Assembly: GCA_048937405.1 (NCBI GenBank)
Contig: JBHLNF010000001.1
Location: 288,001 to 352,000 of the forward strand
Source: Promethearchaeota archaeon
GTDB lineage: Archaea; Asgardarchaeota; Lokiarchaeia; Sigyniarchaeales; SOKP01
DNA: 64,000 nucleotides
Direction: 5' to 3'
How positions within the stretch are numbered: the first letter of the stretch is position 1; every line of letters begins with the position of its first letter. Positions 21,045 to 29,063 of this stretch are shown one piece after another. Below the pieces are notes generated by a model that worked only from the letters and a program-made list of their open reading frames with translations, was not told the origin of the DNA and did not search any database. The position numbers and the translations under genes are program-made.

Positions 21045-21594
21045 ACTTTAAACCTCTTTCTTTTAATTCTTTTTCTATATTATAACCACATACATCACAA
21101 AAACGTAGTTCTTCACTAGTAATATCAATTTTGTTAGCACACATAGGACAAAATAAATACTTCTCAGGTTTTAAATTAACACTTACATCAAATAAAGGAG
21201 CAATTGCCTCAGTTAATTTGCTATAAAATCCAGCTAGATGGTTAAAAATTTTTTTTCCATAATCTGTAACACTATAAAATTTTCTTCTTCTACCTGATTC
21301 TTCCTTTTTGGATTTAATTATATTATCATCCTCTAGCTTTCTCAAAATGGGGTAAAGTGTCCCTTCCTCAATGACTAACATTTCATTTGTCTTTTCTGTT
21401 AATTCTTTTAATATCCTATACCCATGTAAACCTTCATTTTCAGCTTGTGATAATATAGATAATATACAAAGTAGGCTTATACCTCTATTTATTTCTGTTT
21501 CTTGTTTTTCAACGTAATCTCGAAAGTATTTTGAGGCTATTAAAGCACTTGGATCTAATTCTTTTACACGTTTTATCATAATATTTAACTCCAT
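21037..21594 (-). CDS. PadR family regulator with C-terminal zinc ribbon
   Basis: HGYRI, EGTLYPILRKLE, RRKFYSVT; CPMC...CDVC. Confidence 0.88.
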   Translation of the reverse strand: MELNIMIKRVKELDPSALIASKYFRDYVEKQETEINRGISLLCILSILSQAENEGLHGYRILKELTEKTNEMLVIEEGTLYPILRKLEDDNIIKSKKEESGRRRKFYSVTDYGKKIFNHLAGFYSKLTEAIAPLFDVSVNLKPEKYLFCPMCANKIDITSEELRFCDVCGYNIEKELKERGLKYE

Positions 21595-21737
21595 AAGTTC
21601 ATTTTTATAGTCTTAATATAATATAGTATTCTATGAATACTATATAGCTCATAGTATATAAATCTTTGCATTGTCATACCTATTATTTTTTTGAATTTTA
21701 AGTTTTCAATAGCATTTTAAGATAAGGAATATTTAAG

Positions 21738-23255
21738 ATGGATAAAATGGTTATTAATACTCCTGTTATTATAGGAGCAGCGCAAATTACACAGCGTAAA
21801 AATGTGGAAAAGCCTCTTGATCCTCTTCTTCTAATTGCTAAAGCATGTCAAAGAGCGATAGCAATGTCAGGAATAGATGGTTTGCGGGAAGCTATTGACA
21901 CTATATATATGTCAACTATTTCTAGTTGGATTTATGAAGATGCTTCAGAGAGACTTAGTAATCTTCTTGGAATAAAACTTATTCAGAAATATACAGCTCC
22001 AATTAGTGGGAATACACCTCAATTATTAGTTAATAAAGCTGCTAGAGCAATTTCTTTGAATGAGAATAAAGTTATTCTCATTGCAGGAGGAGAGGCAGCT
22101 TATTCAAAATATCGAGCAGATAAAGATAAAATCACTTTAGATTGGCCAGAATTACCAACACGAACAACTAATAAAATGCAAGAAGCAACGAATTATTATT
22201 CAAGTAAGTTTGAAATGAGTTATAGACTTATTGCTGCTAGATATATTTACGCTTTAATTGAAACAGCTTTAAGAGCTGAATCAGGCAGGAGTTTAAAAGA
22301 ACATCTAGACTATATTGGAAAGCGTTATGAACTTTTCTCTAAAATCGCTTCTGAAAATCCCTATGCTTGGGAACAAAATCATTTCAACGCTAAAGAAATA
22401 ATTACTCCTAATTATAATAATCGTATTATCTGTCATCCATATACTAAAAGAATGGTTGCGAATCTTTATGTAGATCAAGCCGCAGCCTTAATTATAACAA
22501 ATGAAAAAATTGCAGCTGATCTTGGAATTGATAAAAAAAAATGGGTATATCCAATGGGTGGTGCAGATCTAAATAATATTCGTTATATAACTCAACGTTC
22601 TAGATTATACAATTCACCTGCTATTCGAGAAGCATCAAAATTGGCTTTAAATCAAGCAGGGCTTAAACTTAGCAATATAGATGCTTTTGATCTTTATAGT
22701 TGTTTTCCTTGCATGGTAGAAATTGCCAGAAAAGAGATTGGCATTCCTGAAGATGATCCACGCAATTTAACAATAACTGGAGGACTTTCTTTTTTTGGAG
22801 GTCCTCTAAGTAGTTATTCTATGCATGCAATTGTTACGGCAATTGAAATTATTCAAAAAAATCCAAATAAGAAAATAATGGTATTAGCAAATGGGGGGTT
22901 TAATACATCAGAGTCAGTTGGAATATATGGGAGATCTCCTCCTGCTATGGCTTGGACAAGACAAGAATTTGATGCAATTCAACAAAAAATTGAATCAAAG
23001 ATTTTGCCAGAACCAATCGAAAAAGCAAATGGAAATCTTACAATAGAAGCATACACTATTATCTATGATAGAAAAGGATTACCCGAATATGCTATCGTAA
23101 TTGGATTATTAGAGAGTGGGGACCGTACTTTGGCTTTTATTATAGATGATTCTGATAAACTGCTGAGTCTAGAGGAAAAGGAACTTATAGGAAAAACTTA
23201 TTTAATAAAACATGACTCCAAGTTAAAGAGAAATATACTATTGATTGAATTTTAA
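21738..23255 (+). CDS. Acetyl-CoA acetyltransferase / thiolase-like protein
   Basis: GNTPQ, AGGEA, VDQAAA, DLYSCFP, TGGLSFFGGP. Confidence 0.85.
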   Translation: MDKMVINTPVIIGAAQITQRKNVEKPLDPLLLIAKACQRAIAMSGIDGLREAIDTIYMSTISSWIYEDASERLSNLLGIKLIQKYTAPISGNTPQLLVNKAARAISLNENKVILIAGGEAAYSKYRADKDKITLDWPELPTRTTNKMQEATNYYSSKFEMSYRLIAARYIYALIETALRAESGRSLKEHLDYIGKRYELFSKIASENPYAWEQNHFNAKEIITPNYNNRIICHPYTKRMVANLYVDQAAALIITNEKIAADLGIDKKKWVYPMGGADLNNIRYITQRSRLYNSPAIREASKLALNQAGLKLSNIDAFDLYSCFPCMVEIARKEIGIPEDDPRNLTITGGLSFFGGPLSSYSMHAIVTAIEIIQKNPNKKIMVLANGGFNTSESVGIYGRSPPAMAWTRQEFDAIQQKIESKILPEPIEKANGNLTIEAYTIIYDRKGLPEYAIVIGLLESGDRTLAFIIDDSDKLLSLEEKELIGKTYLIKHDSKLKRNILLIEF

Positions 23256-23507
23256 CCATCTCTTTTTTCCCTTAATAAGCTTAATCTTTCTTTATTTAAT
23301 AATTTAGAATAATTTTATTTAAAAGATTAATTTTTATTAATGTTGTACTATTTAGAATTAAAGATAGTGAGATCAAAACAATTAAATAACGGTAATTAGA
23401 TTTTATATTTAAGGAGCCGGGTTAGGAGTAATTTGAATTTAGTTTCCAGGTAGAATAAATTATATATTTACAAAAACATAATAGATTAATAAGAAGGGTA
23501 AGAAAAA

Positions 23508-24287
23508 ATGGGACAAAAAAGTGTATATAAACAATATATTGATCTAATTTTGCTTAAAATGAAAAGAAATAGTAAGTACATCTATGATCAACTTACAAAA
23601 CCTAAAGTAGTGAAAATTTCAATATATCTTAGTTTATTGACTTTTTTACCTGGACTAATATTTGGTTTAATAATCGCAATACAATTTGGTGGTTTTGAGT
23701 ATAGTATTTGGTATAACTGGATAAGTGATTTAGGTTCAGTAAGATATACTCCTGCTCCTTTCATTTTAGATCTTACATGTATTCTAAGTGCAATTTTCAT
23801 TGTTCCCTTAATTCTGAATTTAAGTCGATTATATAGTTCACATCAAAATTATAAGTTAGATGATACTAAGAAAGAACACTATATTATACTATTTAGAAGA
23901 ATTTTCGGTTATATCGGAGTAATAAGTTTGATGGTTGGAGTTATTGGTATGTTTTTTGTTGGAGTTTTCAGTTTAGATCGTTCTCCATTTGATTTACATT
24001 TTTATTTCTCTTCGTCAGCATTTGGTGGGTTTGCTGTTGGAGCTTTTTTCACAGGTTTGGCTATAATATTAAGGAAAAGAATATTTCCTAAGACCGTAGG
24101 ATATTTTATGATTTTTGGACCATCAACAGCAGCTATTCTATATATAATAGCTCCAGCACCATTAACAAGACAGTTTCTTGAATGGATTCTGATGTTCTCC
24201 TCTCTAGCATGGTATTATGTTGTAGTTTTCATTACCCTCCAAAAATTAAATTCACTTCTCTTTTTCAATCCTGATTTTAAATGGTAG
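23508..24287 (+). CDS. DUF998-like membrane protein
   Basis: YSIWYNWISDLGS, VGVF, H, EW pattern; true start uncertain. Confidence 0.65.
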   Translation: MGQKSVYKQYIDLILLKMKRNSKYIYDQLTKPKVVKISIYLSLLTFLPGLIFGLIIAIQFGGFEYSIWYNWISDLGSVRYTPAPFILDLTCILSAIFIVPLILNLSRLYSSHQNYKLDDTKKEHYIILFRRIFGYIGVISLMVGVIGMFFVGVFSLDRSPFDLHFYFSSSAFGGFAVGAFFTGLAIILRKRIFPKTVGYFMIFGPSTAAILYIIAPAPLTRQFLEWILMFSSLAWYYVVVFITLQKLNSLLFFNPDFKW

Positions 24288-24400
24288 TATTTTTATTAAA
24301 ATTTTAATAACTTAGAAAAATAATCAAAAACCTTATTTTCTTTCTTTTTTTTAGAACAGTGTAAAAAAGATTATATTAATATTTAATATAAGTATCAAAA

Positions 24401-25228
24401 ATGAATATGGAATTATCAAAAGATCTGAATATTAAACTTCAAAGACTTCTTTCGTTTTTAAATGGAAAAAAAGTTATCGTAGCTTTTTCGGGAGGTGTAG
24501 ATAGTTCCCTTTTAGCATTTTTATCAAAAAAATATGCAAAAGAAACATTGCTTATAACTGAAAAATCAATTCTTTATCCTGAAGAAGAAATTAAATTAAC
24601 ATCCCAATTTGCTAAAAAATATGATATAAACCATTTGATTATTGAACGAGATCCTTTAAAAAACGAAGAATTCCAATTTAATCCGTCAAATAGATGCTAT
24701 ATTTGTAAAACAGGTCTATATAGTGATATAATTAAAATTAGAGATTCAAAAAAATTTGATTTAATTCTAGATGGTTCAAATATAGATGATCTTTCAGATT
24801 ATAGACCAGGGATGCAAGCTTTAAAAGAGTTAAAGATTTCTACACCGTATATTGAATTTAATATAAATAAAAATGAAATAAGAGATCTTAGTAAATTTTA
24901 TGATCTTGAGGTCCAATCTAAACCATCAATGGCTTGTTTTTCATCTCGAATTCCCTATGGTCAAATTATCAATGAAAAGAAATTATATATGATAAAAGAA
25001 TCTGAAAAATTTCTTAAGAAAAAATTTAATTTAACTCAATTAAGAGTGAGATTACATGAAGAAACTCTTGCCCGTATCGAATTTTTGCCTGAGCATTTAT
25101 CCAAAATTCTAACTGTAAAAAATTTAGAAATAATTAAAAGTAAACTAAAAGAACTAGGATTCACATATATTACTATTGATATTGAGGGATTTAGGTCAGG
25201 TTCAATGAATGAAGCTTTAGATTTATAG
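24401..25228 (+). CDS. larE: ATP-dependent sacrificial sulfur transferase LarE
   Basis: AFSGGVDS, RCYICK, DYRPG, ACFSSRIPYG, GFRSGSMN. Confidence 0.92.
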   Translation: MNMELSKDLNIKLQRLLSFLNGKKVIVAFSGGVDSSLLAFLSKKYAKETLLITEKSILYPEEEIKLTSQFAKKYDINHLIIERDPLKNEEFQFNPSNRCYICKTGLYSDIIKIRDSKKFDLILDGSNIDDLSDYRPGMQALKELKISTPYIEFNINKNEIRDLSKFYDLEVQSKPSMACFSSRIPYGQIINEKKLYMIKESEKFLKKKFNLTQLRVRLHEETLARIEFLPEHLSKILTVKNLEIIKSKLKELGFTYITIDIEGFRSGSMNEALDL

Positions 25229-25242
25229 TAACTATCATTATT

Positions 25243-26660
25243 TTAATTTTCCTTTCTAATAAATTTGATAATCTTTATACGCTTCTCTAATGCTTTAATT
25301 TCTGCTTTTTTAACCTCGTTTTCCATTTTTTCAAGCAACTCAGGTGTCTCTTCTCCAACCTCTTGTTTTATTTTAGTATAGGCAGATTCTCTGAATTTTG
25401 GCAGGATTTCTTTTCTATTTTCATCAGAAAAAGTAAAAAAAACTTGGTTTGAGTCATCTACATATCCTATTTCATCACATTTGATATTAATTCTTTTGAG
25501 ATCAGAGATAATTTTCTCTGCGACGGTTGCTGAGCAATAAATTAAAAGAGCATCTAAAGAAACTCCTAAATAATCAACTCCAACTTTTCTCAACATGTTT
25601 AGAACATTCTGATTTACTAGATTTCTTACTTTTTCTTCAAATATATTTACACCGCATTTAGCTTCATAATTTATCTCATATAAATCTCCTCTTAAACCAC
25701 CATTTGTGACATCACACATTGCTCTAATCTCATCTATATAATCTGAGTTTAAAATAGTTTCACAAGCCTCTAAGAACTTTATATTCATCGTTTCTTTTAC
25801 AACATCATGATTTCCAGAATATATTGCCGTAGTTGTTATTGTTCCACCGCCAGCACCTTCAGTCATTAAGATTTTATCTCCAACTTGTATATTCCTTCTT
25901 GCTAATAACCTATTACAAACTCCTATTGCGCTTATTCCACCGACTAGTCTATTACCAATTACCATATCTCCTCCAATTCTCAAAGTTGAACCAGCGGTTA
26001 TTGGTACATTGGCTAAATCAGAAACTGTCGATACACCAGCTATGAAATCAAATAATTTCCCTACATCAGCGTCATCTCCAAGATGGACATCAATCATTAT
26101 AGAAATTGGTTTTGCGCCTTTAACATAGAGATCTCGTAGTGCGGCTCTCGATACGCTTCACGCAACTTATTACGCGAACTTACGTGAAAACCACACAAGA
26201 ATGGAAAGTCACTTAAACGACTGTGAATACCTTCCATTTTTGATACAATGATTAAATTATCTTCGGCTTTATATCCTTCAATATCACTAATCCTCACAGC
26301 ACCGGCATCATCTAAGGAGCTAGGTGATAGATATGCTCTCTGCTCTGTTTCAGATAACTCTGCGATGAGTTTATGAACAAAAAAGTCGCCTGATCCCCTA
26401 CAACCTATTCCTTGTTTACCAATGGTCACATTTGCCTTATTAATATCTAATAAATATCTCATAAAGGGATCTGAAACTGTCTTTATATCACTTTTTTTAC
26501 ATTCTTCATATATCGCTTCAGCAAGTGAGGTTGCGGACTCTACCTCAATGTCTTTAAAATCCAGATATTCTTTAACAAGACGTAAAATAATTTCTTCCTT
26601 TGTAAAACCTTTTCTCATTAACCTTCTTGTTAAACCTTCTAAATCACTCAAATTGCTCAA
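25243..26660 (-). CDS. Archaeal AIR-synthase-related protein (PurM/HypE/SelD fold), spliced CDS join(26660..26180, 26150..25243), 462 aa
   Basis: Two ORF halves join in frame (481+908=1389 nt) after removal of a 29-nt BHB insertion, giving HSRLSDFPFLCGFHVTRAALRDLYVKGAKPISIMIDVHLGDD; also DDAG, GSTLRIGGD, DVTNGGLRGD. Confidence 0.88.
26151..26179 (-). other. 29-nt bulge-helix-bulge (tRNA-type) intron in a protein-coding gene
   Basis: mRNA folds as UGUGGUUUUC-ACGU-AA^G-UUCGCGUAA-UAAG-UUGCGUGAA-GCGU-AU^C-GAGAGCCGCA: 10-bp exon helix, 4-bp central helix, two 3-nt bulges, 9-bp intron hairpin. Confidence 0.85.
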
Positions 26661-26766
26661 ATCCTTCTAATTTTCTAAAAACTATGAATAAAAGTATATA
26701 ATAGATTTAAATTATTTTGAAAATTCTTATTTATAGTCTAAAATTCCTTAAATAACAAAGATAAAC

Positions 26767-27777
26767 ATGACTTCTTTAAGGATAACAACCCCATGTAGGA
26801 TACATCTTTCTTTAATAGATGAAAATGGATACACAGGGAGAGTTGATGGAGGTATTGGTCTTATGCTAGACCGTCCTAATGTCGTTTTTGAAGCTTCTAA
26901 TAGTGCTGAGGAGTTTAAAATCGAAGCTCATAGATATTATCGAGAGTCGATTGAAGTCATTAATGAAATTGCTTCAAAAGTATTTAAGAAATATAATATT
27001 AGTAATAAAAATTTTCATTTTAATCTTAAAAGATATTTCCCTTCACATGTAGGGTTGGGTTCTAAGACACAATTATCCTTAGCTATAGCTACGGCCATAA
27101 CGAAATTGAAAAATTTTACTCATTTAGCTCATAAGGATCTTACTAAATTGGTAGAAAGGGGTGGAACATCTGGAATTGGGTGGAAAGGTTTTAAAACAGG
27201 GGGTTTTATTTTAGATGGAGGACATGATTTTGGTATTGGGAAAGAAAAAGAAACGTTTTTACCATCTTCAGCATCAACTTCTGTTAGTCCTGCAATAACG
27301 ATTTTTAGACATGATATCCCAGAAAATTGGAGATTTGTACTAGTGATCCCAAATATAAAAAAGGGGGCTTATGGAGATGAAGAAATCTCTGTTTTTAAAA
27401 ATTTTACACCAGTTCAAAGAAGTGAAGTAAATGAAATATCAAATCAAGTGATTATGAAGATATTACCTGGTATTATTAAAAAAGATTTAACGTGCTTTGG
27501 AGAAGGTTTAAACAAAATCCAGAGTTTAGGTTTTAAAAAAATTGAAATTGAGTTACAGCATAAAGTTGTCAAAGATTTACTACGCTTCTTTGAGGATTAT
27601 GGACTAAAAGCTTATGGTATGTCCTCATTTGGCCCTAGTGTTGTTGGAATTGTAGAATCAAATTCAGAAGCGGAAATACTTTTAAGAGAAGTTCAGACCG
27701 CCCAAAAACATCGTGGAGGTCATATCTATATTTGTAAGCCTAATAATACTGGAGCAAAAATTGAATTTATAGATTGA
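26767..27777 (+). CDS. mptG: Beta-ribofuranosylaminobenzene 5'-phosphate synthase (GHMP family)
   Basis: TPCRIHLSLID.NG..GRVDGG, HVGLGSKTQ, DGGH, GMSSFGP. Confidence 0.9.
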   Translation: MTSLRITTPCRIHLSLIDENGYTGRVDGGIGLMLDRPNVVFEASNSAEEFKIEAHRYYRESIEVINEIASKVFKKYNISNKNFHFNLKRYFPSHVGLGSKTQLSLAIATAITKLKNFTHLAHKDLTKLVERGGTSGIGWKGFKTGGFILDGGHDFGIGKEKETFLPSSASTSVSPAITIFRHDIPENWRFVLVIPNIKKGAYGDEEISVFKNFTPVQRSEVNEISNQVIMKILPGIIKKDLTCFGEGLNKIQSLGFKKIEIELQHKVVKDLLRFFEDYGLKAYGMSSFGPSVVGIVESNSEAEILLREVQTAQKHRGGHIYICKPNNTGAKIEFID

Positions 27778-27783
27778 AATTAT

Positions 27784-28176
27784 ATGTCGAAATCAAATGA
27801 AAAAATTTTTTTCTCACCTGATTTAACTGAGAGGGAACGAGCTTGTTTTGAGGCAGGCATTAAACTGGGCGCATTATATCATATCCTCAGTGGAATTCCT
27901 ATTCAAAATAATGAAAAAATAATTAAATCTATAGAAAAAGGAATAGAATCAGCTATTACTTGTCAACCATTTGTAAAATCAGTAAAAATTCAATTAGATA
28001 GAGCGAAAATTTTGGGTCAAAAAGATACAGAATTTGATTATGATGAGATATCGGGCAAAATAATAAAAGCTGAAATATTTATTGAGTATGAATCTGTAAA
28101 AGTTGTAGCAAAAGTAGAATGGAAGGATGAGTTAGATTATCCACTAATGTATATTGAAAAAATTCAAGAAAATTAA
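27784..28176 (+). CDS. mptD: Archaeal dihydroneopterin aldolase
   Basis: RERACFEAGIKLGALYH, QPFV, LDYPLMY. Confidence 0.9.
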   Translation: MSKSNEKIFFSPDLTERERACFEAGIKLGALYHILSGIPIQNNEKIIKSIEKGIESAITCQPFVKSVKIQLDRAKILGQKDTEFDYDEISGKIIKAEIFIEYESVKVVAKVEWKDELDYPLMYIEKIQEN

Positions 28177-28887
28177 TTATTTAAGCAAATTATTTGTATA
28201 TCTACTTATAATTTCTATTGTTTTGAGTGCTTTTTCATTTTTTCCAAATCTTTTAATATTTCCTATAATATCTTGTATTTTTTCGTAAATACTAGAAATT
28301 AGAACTTGATTTTGATTTTTTTTTGCAATCTTTAAACGAGTTGCTAATATTATGGCTTCAAGAGCTAAATTTTCTGCTCTATTAAATAATTTATGAGTTT
28401 CTTGGAATTTTTTAGCAAAAATAATATCTAACATGAAAACAGGTATCACCATTTCTCCTAAACTGTCTTGTCTTGTTTTCTGAAGTTCTTTTGAAACTTT
28501 TCCTATTAAAATAGCCCAAGCTTTCTTAATATAGGGAATATCCATATTAAAAGATTCAATATATTGATATCCATAATATTTCAATGGAAATTCTGTTAAT
28601 CCAATGAGAGAATTAGGATCTTTTAAAGCAGCAAGAGCATATAAATATACATCATTAACAAAATTTAAAGCAATAAAACTAGTTTCTCTTAAATTTTTAT
28701 AAGTAGTGGTACTAGGATAAGGATTAATTATTATCTTATTATTCTCTTCTAATCTAATACCCATACAAGAGGCATTAGGAGAAATATTCCCTATTTTATC
28801 ATCAATAGAATAAGTTGTTGTAATTATTTCATATAAATAATTTCTTCTTAATCCAAAATTTTGTGGAATAAAATTAAATTGAGACAA
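28177..28887 (-). CDS. DUF447-like protein (pterin cluster)
   Basis: YEIITTT, PNASCMG, STTYKNL, FNRA...EAIILATR. Confidence 0.75.
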   Translation of the reverse strand: MSQFNFIPQNFGLRRNYLYEIITTTYSIDDKIGNISPNASCMGIRLEENNKIIINPYPSTTTYKNLRETSFIALNFVNDVYLYALAALKDPNSLIGLTEFPLKYYGYQYIESFNMDIPYIKKAWAILIGKVSKELQKTRQDSLGEMVIPVFMLDIIFAKKFQETHKLFNRAENLALEAIILATRLKIAKKNQNQVLISSIYEKIQDIIGNIKRFGKNEKALKTIEIISRYTNNLLK

Positions 28888-29063
28888 ATCAATCAGTAAA
28901 ATCCTTATGCTTTATAATTGAAAAATCATTTTTTATTATAACTTTTTAACCAATCCTGTTTAATCGCAAGAATTTACAATTCATTAATTATTTAACTTTC
29001 TTTAAGAATCTTATACTTTTTAAAAAAACTTTAAATAAAAATCAATTAATAAATAATATTATT

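Noticed and set aside
26097-26660. Reading the split AIR-synthase-related gene as a simple frameshift pseudogene or two separate genes
   Set aside because: The disruption is a discrete 29-nt insertion with exact BHB geometry, and its removal restores the frame and the conserved motif.
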